Shown: one piece after another, positions 1-9,168 of the stretch | Position numbering within the stretch: position 1 is the first letter of the stretch | How the letters are laid out: the number at the start of each line of letters is the position of its first letter | Source: Candidatus Woesearchaeota archaeon | Lineage (GTDB): Archaea; Nanobdellota; Nanobdellia; Woesearchaeales; GW2011-AR4 | Reading direction: 5' to 3' | Assembly (NCBI GenBank): GCA_016181305.1 | Contig: JACOZN010000006.1 | Coordinates: 1-35,959, forward strand | DNA length: 35,959 nt | The notes under the pieces: model-generated | The model's database searches: none | Told to the model about the DNA's origin: nothing | Seen by the model: the letters and a program-made list of their open reading frames with translations, nothing else | Position numbers and translations under genes: made by a program

Positions 1-131
1 GAGGCTATTACTTCGGCAACATGCCTATAGTAAAGGAGAATTTCACGATTGTGATTTTGATTATAATAATTTTGTCATTTATGCCGATGGCCTGGGAGTT
101 TTGGAAGCATAAAAAGAGAAAAGAAAGATAG
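1..131 (+). CDS. DedA/VTT-family membrane protein, C-terminal fragment (5' partial)
   Basis: The frame starting at nt 3 reads GYYFGNMPIVKENFTIVILIIIILSFMPMAWEFWKHKKRKER* (TAG 129-131). GYxFGNxPxVKxNF followed by a TM helix is typical of DedA C-termini. Confidence 0.65.
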   Translation, partial: GYYFGNMPIVKENFTIVILIIIILSFMPMAWEFWKHKKRKER

Positions 132-138
132 TTGATTT

Positions 139-669
139 TTATATAACAGTTTTATAGGCATGAAGGAACGCCAATGGCTGGCTCTTGTTCCTGATATCTT
201 CGTTTAGCCGTACATACACTGAGATTTCGTCCTTAACATAGCTTACTTTAAAGGCATTTGAAGCATCAAAAACCCCGAATCTGTTTTTTGGCATTGCTTT
301 CAGGCAGTCCTCAAGGCTTCTTTCAAAGGTTTTCCTTATCAAATTTTCCCTGAATTCAGGGTCATCCTCTTCTTCCAGATGGAAAACAACACTGCCTTTT
401 CTCGATATATATGAGCCGAGAATGTTGTAGCCTATATTCCTGATTATCCCTTTTTGCTTTAGGCTAAGTAGCGCATCCCTATAGCTGTTTTTTAGCTTTA
501 TATATCCAAAGTACTCCTGCGATTTCTTAAACCCAAGCTCCAACACCAAACCCATCAAATCCCTAAAATCGGCATCCCGATATGCCTTCTTTTGGAAAAA
601 CTCCTCTGTGAATCTTGACAGCTCTTCGTCTATTGAAAATGGTTTTTTATGCTCTGCTGGCATAGCCAT
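139..669 (-). CDS. Hypothetical protein, 176 aa
   Basis: Long ORF with a TTTATAAA box shortly upstream on the minus strand. No recognisable motif. Confidence 0.6.
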   Translation of the reverse strand: MAMPAEHKKPFSIDEELSRFTEEFFQKKAYRDADFRDLMGLVLELGFKKSQEYFGYIKLKNSYRDALLSLKQKGIIRNIGYNILGSYISRKGSVVFHLEEEDDPEFRENLIRKTFERSLEDCLKAMPKNRFGVFDASNAFKVSYVKDEISVYVRLNEDIRNKSQPLAFLHAYKTVI

Positions 670-737
670 TTAAGCATAGAACCTAGGTTTATAAACCTTT
701 TTTAAGCCATTATCGCTTTAAAAATATCTTAAAAACC

Positions 738-745
738 TTTATAAA
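738..745 (+). promoter_or_regulatory. Archaeal TATA box (TTTATAAA) for the purM-like gene, leaderless arrangement
   Basis: The box lies 22 nt before ATG 768. Similar spacing is seen before lonB, 24561, 25750, 27215 and 28419. Confidence 0.6.
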
Positions 746-767
746 CACCAATCCTTACTCTTTCTGC

Positions 768-1821
768 ATGAAGCCGAGCTACCAGGAAGCTGAGTCAAAG
801 GCTGTTGCAGCCATAAAAAAAGCCATTCCAATTGTTTGAAAACAATGAGGTTTTTCCGAGGCATTACCTTGCCAGTACAATTGACGGCGTAGGCACAAAA
901 TCCATAATTGCAGAATTGATGGACGAATATGGTACAATTGGAATTGACTGTGTTGCTGTAAATGCCAACGACTTGGCAACTTTGGGTGCAGTAAGCCCAT
1001 TCTTGTTCATGGACTGCATCTTGTGCCAGCCTGAAATTTTGGAAAAAGCAATAACGGGCGATATAGTAAGAGGAATGTCAAAAGGCTTGGAGCAGTGCAA
1101 TGCATCAAATATACTGAGAAACTCTATAAAAATAAATTTTGGAAAGGGGGAAACCGCTTCCGTTGATGAGCTGTTAAGCTCGCCTAAGCGCGGATACGCT
1201 TTTGAGGCATTCGGCTCCATGGTTGGGTTTATACTAAAAAATAAATTTGCAAAGCACAAAATCATGGCTGGCGACAAAATAATCGCATTAAAAAGCTCAG
1301 GGGCGCATTCCAACGGCTACACTGACTTAAGAAGGCATCTGTTAAAGGGAGATTTTGAGACAAGGCAGGAATACAAAAGGTTGTACAAAGGCAGGTTTTC
1401 CTTGCATGACAGGTTTGACGGCTCAACAATCGGCAAAATACTGCTTGAGCCGACAAAAATCTATATTCAAACAATGGCAAAAATATCGAAAAATTTTGAT
1501 GTTGCGGGATTTAACAACACAGGCTATGGGCTGAAGAACCTAAATCGCGCAAAGGAAAATGTCGAGTTCAGGATCAACAAGCCGTTAAAGCCGCAGCCTA
1601 TTTTCGAGCTGATGCAGAAGGAATCAGGATTTACCGATGAGCATATGTACTCGACTTTCAACATGGGTATGGGATTTTTTGTTGTCTGCGATAAAAAAGA
1701 TGCAGATGATATTCTTAATATTGCAAAAGAAGCGGATGTTGTCGGTGAAGTAAGGAAAAGCAATAAGGCAATCACAATTCTGGAAAAAAACAGCAAAAAG
1801 ATTATGTTTGAAGGATATTAG
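768..1821 (+). CDS. purM: Phosphoribosylformylglycinamidine cyclo-ligase (AIR synthetase) homologue, N-terminus frame-broken
   Basis: The 832-1821 frame has DGVGTK, DCVAxNxND, GETA, SSGxHSNGY, PTKIY and TFNMGMG. The likely true start, ATG 768 (MKPSYQEAESKAVAAIKK), is in a different frame and stops at TGA 837-839. There is an A7 run at 815-821. Confidence 0.8.
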
Positions 1822-1862
1822 AAAATTTTCATCTGTTTATTGCAATAAGGCCGTCAAGCAGC

Positions 1863-1961
1863 TTATTTCATCAGAAACTCGCCCATATTGTCGTCAAAGT
1901 CCTCCAATTTCAGGCTCCTGACCAAATCCTGCTCTGCATCGGATTCTTTTATGTTTTTCAT
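1863..1961 (-). CDS. Acidic microprotein, 32 aa (MKNIKESDAEQDLVRSLKLEDFDDNMGEFLMK)
   Basis: Hand translation. A GGAGG SD lies at the end of the upstream micro-ORF, and the ATG follows that ORF's TGA after 1 nt. Confidence 0.45.
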   Translation of the reverse strand: MKNIKESDAEQDLVRSLKLEDFDDNMGEFLMK

Positions 1962-1962
1962 T

Positions 1963-2091
1963 TCAAGTGCCTCCATCTCTTTTGTTGTTTTGTGTTAGCA
2001 TTTCAATAACCTCCATCGCATTTTCTTCGCTTATAAGCGGAATCATGCTGCACAAATGCCTTTTTAACTGAAATATCTTTAAATTCAGCAT
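1963..2091 (-). CDS. Microprotein, 42 aa (MLNLKIFQLKRHLCSMIPLISEENAMEVIEMLTQNNKRDGGT)
   Basis: Hand translation. A GGTGA SD lies 5 nt before the ATG. Confidence 0.4.
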   Translation of the reverse strand: MLNLKIFQLKRHLCSMIPLISEENAMEVIEMLTQNNKRDGGT

Positions 2092-2123
2092 TGTATTCAC
2101 CTTTTTGCATTTTAACTGCAATC

Positions 2124-2264
2124 CTACAGATACCTGCGCTCAATTGACATGACTTCCCTGTATATTGTGCCTTCGCAATCCATGCAAAGGGCTTGCATAT
2201 CATTTGGCATTTCATTGCCGCAAAAGTCTGCTGCAGAACCGCAGCACGGGCATATTATATCCAT
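2124..2264 (-). CDS. Zinc-ribbon microprotein, 46 aa (MDIICPCCGS...ALCMDCEGTIYREVMSIERRYL)
   Basis: Hand translation. CxxC...CxDC pairs, with a GGGGGT SD immediately upstream. Confidence 0.6.
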   Translation of the reverse strand: MDIICPCCGSAADFCGNEMPNDMQALCMDCEGTIYREVMSIERRYL

Positions 2265-2346
2265 AAAACCCCCTTTTGTATAATCTTTTTAGGCAGTATA
2301 TATTTGATGCATAATATATATTTTATCCTTACACTATGCTTATAGG

Positions 2347-2360
2347 AGCATATATATGCT
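2347..2360. promoter_or_regulatory. Perfect 14-bp palindrome AGCATATATATGCT in a divergent promoter region
   Basis: Self-complementary. Lies between the micro-ORF cluster and the AbrB-PhoU regulator. Confidence 0.4.
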
Positions 2361-2438
2361 TATTTTTAAATTACGCAAATAAACGAAAATTATATATACT
2401 AGTTAAACAATATACCCAACATTGCAGTAAAGCATAGG

Positions 2439-3386
2439 GTGGTAATAATTAAAAGAAAAGTTGTCCAGCACGGGCCTTCTACATTAATCATATCGCTGCC
2501 TTCCAAGTGGGTTAGGCAGCATAATGTGAGGAAGGGGGATGAGCTTGACGTAGAAGACACGGGAAACAATATTGTGATAAGCCCGCAAAAAAGAGAAAGT
2601 CTGGAAAAAGTCACTCTCGACATCAGCGCATTTGGGAATATGATTCCAAGAACTATATACTCCATGTACAGGAGGGGGGTTGACGAATTAATTATTTCAT
2701 TCAAAAACCAGGATTCTTTCAGCTTAGTACAAAGTTCCCTGGGAAAGGAAACTGTGGGTTTTGAGATACTGGAAACAGGTAATAACCATTGCTTAATAAA
2801 AAATGTATCAGAGGGGGGCAAGGAATTTAACCATCTGCTAAGGCAGACATTTTTATTGCTGTTGTCTATGGCGGAAGAGGGGCATAAAGCCTTAAAGCAG
2901 GGAAATTTCAAGCTGTTAGGCAATTTAATATCTTTGGAGGAGGCAAATAACAGGTTCACAAACCTATGCAGGAGGTACTTAAACACCAAAGGCAGCGAGG
3001 ATTTTGACAAAATCGGGCCAATTTATTATATAATCGAGCAGCTGGAAAAAATTGCAGATACATACAAGTATATGTACTCTTATTTGGCGGGCATAAACAG
3101 AGAAAATTTAAAAGTTAACAAGGAATTGCTGGAAAATTTTTATGAAATCAACAAAACCTTAAGAAAATACTATGACTTATTCTATAAGTTTTCCCCCCAG
3201 CAAGTTGCAGAATTAAAGGATGGGAGGGATAAAATAATAAAAGAGCTTTATTTAACGTCATCCAAAATAAGCAAGCCATATGACATCATATTTTTTCACC
3301 ACTTGATGGAGCTGGTCACTGAAATATTTTCTTTGGTTGATCCCTATTTGATACTCTCAATCAAGGATTCAGCTAAAACAGGATGA
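2439..3386 (+). CDS. AbrB/MazE N-domain + PhoU-domain phosphate-uptake-type regulator (copy 1). Start may be ATT 2448
   Basis: N-terminal KRKVVQHGPSTLIISLPSKWVRQHNVRKGDELDV is an AbrB swapped-hairpin signature. Helical PhoU-like C-terminus (EEANNRFTNLCRR, LEKIAD). Confidence 0.85.
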   Translation: MVIIKRKVVQHGPSTLIISLPSKWVRQHNVRKGDELDVEDTGNNIVISPQKRESLEKVTLDISAFGNMIPRTIYSMYRRGVDELIISFKNQDSFSLVQSSLGKETVGFEILETGNNHCLIKNVSEGGKEFNHLLRQTFLLLLSMAEEGHKALKQGNFKLLGNLISLEEANNRFTNLCRRYLNTKGSEDFDKIGPIYYIIEQLEKIADTYKYMYSYLAGINRENLKVNKELLENFYEINKTLRKYYDLFYKFSPQQVAELKDGRDKIIKELYLTSSKISKPYDIIFFHHLMELVTEIFSLVDPYLILSIKDSAKTG

Positions 3387-5335
3387 GGGACCATATGCCT
3401 GCTGCACGATTTCAAAAGGTAGTGCATCCTGTCTTGCAGGCTGCTGCTGTCTCTTAATTTCGGCTGCGGCGCATGAAGCAAGCCTTTCTTATAAGCCTCA
3501 AAATCAGTCTGCCCTAGATTTTCTTTGATTTCTCTAAAGCTTAAGCCCTGTTCCAGATATCCTGCAACCAAATGCCCTAGCGATGCAAACCACAAAGCTT
3601 GGTTGCCCCAGTGCAGGGCTTTTCTTGCATAATCCTCCATGTCAGCCCTGTACTGCTCTTGGCCGATACGGCTTCTCTTAGCGTTATAATGCTTCTGATA
3701 TGAACCAACATGCTCAGTTAAAATACGGCACTGCCTCCATATGGACTTGTACAAGCCAACTGAAGCATAATCCATCCAATGATAGGGGGTTGGATTATCA
3801 CCAAATTTTTTTGTAGCTAAATCAGAAAAATGATTTATTATTTCCGGTGGTGTTAATCCAGCTTCAAGGCTGTTAAAAAAATTAACAAAATCTTCATAGG
3901 TATGCGCTATCCTATGGTGGCTGTCAACTAAAGTGCGCCTATTCCTCATAAAACTCAATGCACTCTGTTTTAAGCGCCAGTCGGGCTTGTCCTTCAAAAT
4001 GTCCCCAATAGCTTTATCTTTATCTTTACTTTTGTCAGGGATTTGATGTGAGAAAATTTGCTCATAGAGTTGCTCACGTGTCGGTTTTCGAATTCCTAAA
4101 TCCATGATGAGATTTCCATGGCTGTTGTCCGATAGCAAAGAGTAGACCCCTGTCCCTATAGTATGGGCGCTTAACCAGCTGAAACCATCCAGTGCCATAG
4201 AAAATTGCCCGATTTCCGAGTCTGAAATCCTTCTGTCTGCATGAGATTCGGCTGGACTTTTGCCGATAAGCTCCATTACCCTCTGTTCTATTGACTTTTC
4301 AGCCAAAGCCCTCAAACTTTTAATAACCTGGCCGGAATAGTAAGGCCTGGCTTTTTCAGCTTCTGCCAATTCATCTATTTTTGGGCTTATATTATTTTGC
4401 CAGTTCATCATCAATTTTGCATTTTCCTCTAAGAGCGTATTTTTTAGCAAAACAGATATCCTGTCTTTTCCCAGCATAGCAAAAACATCCGCATAGCTCT
4501 GGCCAATAACCAAAGGAATTAATGCAAAACACCTGCCATCATTGCCGTAATAAACGGCGGTTGGCCTTGCATGATTTATCCCGGATTCGGATCTGTAGCA
4601 TCTTTCAGAGTTCTCTATAAATGCTTTTATTTCAATTTGAGAGAATTCTTTTATTATATACGCTTCTTGATTTCTGCCATAAAATGTGGTTGTATGCACT
4701 GGTTTAAATGGGATGGCGCCCCCTTTTGCATCAACAATAAATGCAGGTTCGGTCCCCAAAATCCTGTCGTGCAATACCTTCAATACTTCTCCAATATCAG
4801 GGCCCACTTCCGCATATGTTTTTTTCTCGAAATGCTGATGCAACTGATATTGCCCATACAACTTCCAAAATTCTGCATGAAGTTTGTGCTCTCTTGAGCG
4901 CCGTGTGTGCGTCAATATAGCTTCTATGGTATCTCCTAATTCAATATGCGGTTTGGACAAGTATCTTACTATATTCTCATTTTCTACAGCTTCTTTTGCT
5001 GTCTTAAGAGAAGGATGAGCAGTTGCGATTGCGCAAGCAGCAGTCGGATCGTATTTTTTCAGTTCCTCAATTAACTGTAACCCATTCCTTTCCTCACCCA
5101 GCCTCAAATCAATAATGCTGCCGTCAGGAGAGTATTCATCAAAGGTTTTGACAGCCTCATCAAAGGTGCTGGCTGTGACTACGTTTAATCCAGCGTTTTC
5201 AATAGCCTTGCTGAGTATTTCTAAAAAAGAAGGGTGGTCATCAACTACCAAAATTAATGGTTTATCTCGCAAAAGCCTCAGTTCTAGTCCTGATTTGTTC
5301 AAATCTAATTCTGGCTTACTCATAGTAATACTCAT
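3344..5335 (-). CDS. Response-regulator receiver domain fused to a long, probably kinase-like (APH/ePK-fold) domain
   Basis: Receiver motifs are intact: LILVVDD, IIDLRL (phospho-Asp), IATAH, YLSKP. The C-terminal part has a DxxxxN loop (LSDNSHGNLI) and a later LVD. Confidence 0.7.
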   Translation of the reverse strand: MSITMSKPELDLNKSGLELRLLRDKPLILVVDDHPSFLEILSKAIENAGLNVVTASTFDEAVKTFDEYSPDGSIIDLRLGEERNGLQLIEELKKYDPTAACAIATAHPSLKTAKEAVENENIVRYLSKPHIELGDTIEAILTHTRRSREHKLHAEFWKLYGQYQLHQHFEKKTYAEVGPDIGEVLKVLHDRILGTEPAFIVDAKGGAIPFKPVHTTTFYGRNQEAYIIKEFSQIEIKAFIENSERCYRSESGINHARPTAVYYGNDGRCFALIPLVIGQSYADVFAMLGKDRISVLLKNTLLEENAKLMMNWQNNISPKIDELAEAEKARPYYSGQVIKSLRALAEKSIEQRVMELIGKSPAESHADRRISDSEIGQFSMALDGFSWLSAHTIGTGVYSLLSDNSHGNLIMDLGIRKPTREQLYEQIFSHQIPDKSKDKDKAIGDILKDKPDWRLKQSALSFMRNRRTLVDSHHRIAHTYEDFVNFFNSLEAGLTPPEIINHFSDLATKKFGDNPTPYHWMDYASVGLYKSIWRQCRILTEHVGSYQKHYNAKRSRIGQEQYRADMEDYARKALHWGNQALWFASLGHLVAGYLEQGLSFREIKENLGQTDFEAYKKGLLHAPQPKLRDSSSLQDRMHYLLKSCSRHMVPHPVLAESLIESIK

Positions 5336-5381
5336 TTAACTCGCTCTCAGAGCATTTTAAATTATGCTATTTTTCGGAAAG

Positions 5382-6023
5382 CTATGCGACAATTGGCAAT
5401 TTTCGAGCATAATCAACTACTCTTTGCCAATCAGTTGCTATATAGATGTGATCTCCTGCATTCCTCTTGTCTTTTCCCTTCCCAAATAAGATAAGGTGCA
5501 TGCCGTCAACAGGCTTATCAGGCAAATGCCTCTTATCATCATCTACTAAAAGCCAGGCGCCCAGTGTTAGTGCAATATCAGCCTTCATAGTGCCAGTGAC
5601 ATTCTTTATGTTAGCATATTTTGGGCTGTATAATGATAAAACTCCCTGAATGCAATCAGATAGCTTTAACCCCCCTAACCTTTCCCTGAGGCTTCTAATT
5701 TCTTCGGCGTCCCTGTTTGATAAGACATAAACCAAGCCTAACCTGCTAAGTTCTTGAACGCCTTCTAAAGCCCCCTCCAACGGGTGAGTATTCAAGGTTG
5801 ATTCCCTAGATTTAGAGTAATCATTTGCCTCAGTGTACCATGAGCTTCCAATTATTGGGGTAAGTTCTGTGCGGCTGCATTGGTATGGCTGGATACCCTT
5901 AATGATTTCTTGGTCCGGATAGCGCTCCCTTAGGAATTCAAGTTTTTTTTTGCCTGTTTCAAGCAAAACATCATCAGCATCCAATACAGACACTAATCCC
6001 CTCACAAGCTTTGATTCTGCCAT
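5382..6023 (-). CDS. HAD-superfamily hydrolase (5'-nucleotidase/NT5C-like)
   Basis: Motif I LDADDVL, motif II VLSNR, motif III K and motif IV LLVDD. Confidence 0.7.
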   Translation of the reverse strand: MAESKLVRGLVSVLDADDVLLETGKKKLEFLRERYPDQEIIKGIQPYQCSRTELTPIIGSSWYTEANDYSKSRESTLNTHPLEGALEGVQELSRLGLVYVLSNRDAEEIRSLRERLGGLKLSDCIQGVLSLYSPKYANIKNVTGTMKADIALTLGAWLLVDDDKRHLPDKPVDGMHLILFGKGKDKRNAGDHIYIATDWQRVVDYARKLPIVA

Positions 6024-6182
6024 TTCCGTTTTTCGTCTTTTAAAGTACGATATTCATAAACTAGTAAGCAACAATCTTATTTAAATGTTATTGAGTGAGT
6101 TAATAATATTCAATATCGAAAAAGCATATTCTGCATATAATGTCCACTAAAATTACTTATAATCAAAAATCAAAGGTTATGT

Positions 6183-9148
6183 ATGAAAAAATACGGGAAG
6201 ACAAGCTTATATTCAATTACAGTTTTAGTAGTAGTATCACTTCTAAGTTTTGTGTTTTTGGGCGGTGTAATTGTAAATGGACAAAACCTAAATACTTCTG
6301 ATAGTTTGCCTGCTCAGCAAATAACAAGCTCTGTTGGAGTTCCAAATACCATTCCCCCACTCCAGAACATTGTAGGCGAACTCCCAGCCACTATCGGATT
6401 GCAGCTGCCCACCATCATTACCGACACAACATACCAAATCCTGCTTCCGGGCAGAACTATCCGCAATGTTAGGCACGACTGCACAGGATTCGCTAACTGC
6501 CACACCGACTTGCAGCCTGCGCTTGACGAAGCCCAGCCAGGCGACGAAGCGCAAAAAAGACAGCTCTGACTGGATTACGATAACAACCTCCAATCCGGAG
6601 GCATTGCCGCCACAAGGAATCAGGATAACCCCCGCATACGCTGATGTTCTGCCAAAAATTGTAACTCCAAACACAGCGCCTGCATTAAATTTTGAGCCGG
6701 GCGCTAACCATTACAGGCTTCTGGGGCTGGAGATTACAGGCACCCACTCCAACACAGATTTTACACTTTACAATGTTGTCTTAATGGGCTATGATATTAC
6801 TGGCAACATAGAAGTAGCATCGCTTTCTGAACTTCCCCATGACATAGTCTTTGAGCGCGTTTACATCCACGGAACTCCGACAGGAAATGTAAGGCGCGGC
6901 ATAATGCTGAACGGCATAAGACTGTCTGTGATTGATTCCTATGTTTCAGACATTCATGAAGTAGGGCAGGATTCCCAGGCGCTTGCGGGATTTAACGGGC
7001 CAGGGCCAATCAAAATCATAAACAATTATCTGGAAGGGGCCGGGGAAAATATAATATTCGGGGGCGCCCCCTCAGTCTCGCCGGATTTTATACCCCAAGA
7101 CATTGAAATTCGCGGAAACCACTTCAGACAGCCGCTTCACTGGAGGATAGAAGACCCGAGCTACGCAGGCATCCCCTGGACGGTGAAAAACCTTTTTGAA
7201 CTGAAAAACGCAAAAAGGGTTTTAATAGACGGGAATATTTTTGAGTATCATTGGGCCCAAGCCCAGTCCGGGTCTGCCATAGTTCTTACGGTGCGGAACT
7301 CCGATGGCAACGAAACCTGGGCGACAATAGAAGATGTGATTTTCTCCAACAACATAGTGAGGCACAGCGCCGCAGGCATAAACATACTTGGGCAGGACGA
7401 CCTTGGCCCAAGCGGGCAGGCAAAGCGGTTTTTGATTAAAAACAACCTCTTTGAGGATATAGATGCAAACAGGTGGGGAGGCGGAGGCTGCTGCCTCGGG
7501 TTCCTTCAGGTGCTGAACGGCATAGCAGACTTGATTGTGGAGGGCAATACTGTACTGCACACAAACAATTTCATCATAGCTGATGGCATTCCCAATACGG
7601 GATTTGTTTTCCGCAATAATATTATTCAGAACAATTTGTATGGGCTCAGCGGAACCAATAAAGCACCTGGAAATGATGCATTGTCATCATTCTTCCCTGG
7701 CGCTGTTTTCCTTGATAACGCAATAGTCGGCGGCAGTCCTGCAGTATACCCTCCAGGCAATTTTTTTCCTTCTTCCATAGACGAGATTGGATTTGCAGAT
7801 GTTGCATCCGGTGATTACAGGATTTTGGCAGGAAGCCCATTAGCAGGCTTATTGCCTAAAGGTATTGGCGCAGATATTGATGCTATTTACGCTGCAACTT
7901 CAGGAGTAGCAAGCGGAGTATTTGACAATGCACCTCCAGCGCCACTTCCAGACTCTGACTCAGACGGCATTGCGGACATAAATGACAGGTGCCAATCCAC
8001 AACTCCTGATTTTAAGCCGAATATTTTTGGATGCCCCTTGCCCCAAGCTACAAAATTTGAAGATGCATTAACAACAAACTTCCTTAATGTCGACTTGAGG
8101 AATTTCACGGGGTTCAAAATAGGCGCTGACAGCCTTGGGCAGATAGATTATGGCAGCAGCATGGTCAGCCTTCTTAATGGAAGCAAGGCTGTTGATTTAG
8201 ACAGCCTTATCCTGTTTTTCCCGCGCAGGATTGTTGTGCGCTCTGAAGCATTTCCTGAGCTGAACAAATCCGCTACAATAACCTTTTTCAATGTCACAAT
8301 GGCAAATCCGCTCATACGCAAGGATAATTCCACTTGCACTGAATGCACTATACCGAGCTTTAGCTCTGGCATCCTTAAATTTACCGTACCTCATTTTACA
8401 GAATACTCAATCGATGAAGGCAGCTTTTGCGGAGACTTGTTTTGCAGCAGCCTTGAAAACTGCTCGAGCTGCGCCAGTGACTGCGGGGCATGCCCTGCGC
8501 TAGAAAGTCCTCCAGATGGGGGGAATTCAGGAGGTGGAAGCGGCTCTTCTGGAGGGGGAAGCTCAAGCGGAGGTGGAGGTGGTTCTTCCGGTGGCGGAGG
8601 TTCAAGCGGAGGAGGCGGCTCAGGAGGTGGAGGCGGAAGCGCTGGATTTGTATGCAACATGGACTGGAAATGCACAGAATGGAGCGTTTGCGACAATGGG
8701 ATGCAGACAAGGCAGTGCGATTTTGTAAATGTCGGCACAATGCCCCTCCAAGTCAAGTCCGCCCCCAACAACCCAGAAATGTGCTTTGCCAAAGCAGCCT
8801 GCTCCCCAAGTCTCGTGCAGTGACAGAATCAAAAACCAGAATGAGGAAGGCGTAGACTGCGGAGGAGCCTGCAAGCCTTGCAGCCAAAAAAATTTTACTG
8901 TGAAAAAAACAGAAACTCAAAAGCCATCAAAAGCGCAAGCCCCGGCAAAAACAATGCCTATTGGAATGCTGCTTCTTGGCATAAGCTTGCCGATTGCCAT
9001 ATACCTTGTAATCTTGGCGGTGCTGGCTTTTATAAGTTCTAAAAGGAAAGAGAATGTCCAAAAAATAAAATCAAGTGATATAACACGAAAAATAAGTTTG
9101 CAGAAAGGCAATGAAGTTAAAAAAAGAACTAAAAGGGCAATCAAATAA
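6183..9148 (+). pseudogene. Large membrane-anchored surface protein split into three frames (6183-6569, 6466-8823, 8729-9148)
   Basis: Order of parts: N-terminal hydrophobic signal; right-handed beta-helix repeats (IRGNHF, IDGNIFE, FSNNIV); DSDSDGIADINDRC Ca-binding motif; Gly/Ser linker; CxxDWxCxEWSxC and SCSDxIKNQxEEGVDCGGxCxPC modules; C-terminal TM helix with basic tail. +1 frame breaks lie near 6550 and 8730. Confidence 0.7.
8515..8646 (+). repeat. Low-complexity Gly/Ser linker (GGNSGGGSGSSGGGSSSGGGGG...)
   Basis: GGA/GGT/GGC-rich run in the 6466-8823 frame. Confidence 0.8.
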
Positions 9149-9168
9149 AAAATAAAAGGCTAAAACAG

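Noticed and set aside
2003-2215. Track ORF of 70 aa (MKCQMICKPF...)
   Set aside because: It has no SD and overlaps two SD-led micro-ORFs in other frames, one with a clear zinc-ribbon motif.
8391-8874. Pro-rich and Arg-rich ORFs around the Gly/Ser linker
   Set aside because: They are alternative-frame and antisense products of the GGN repeat.
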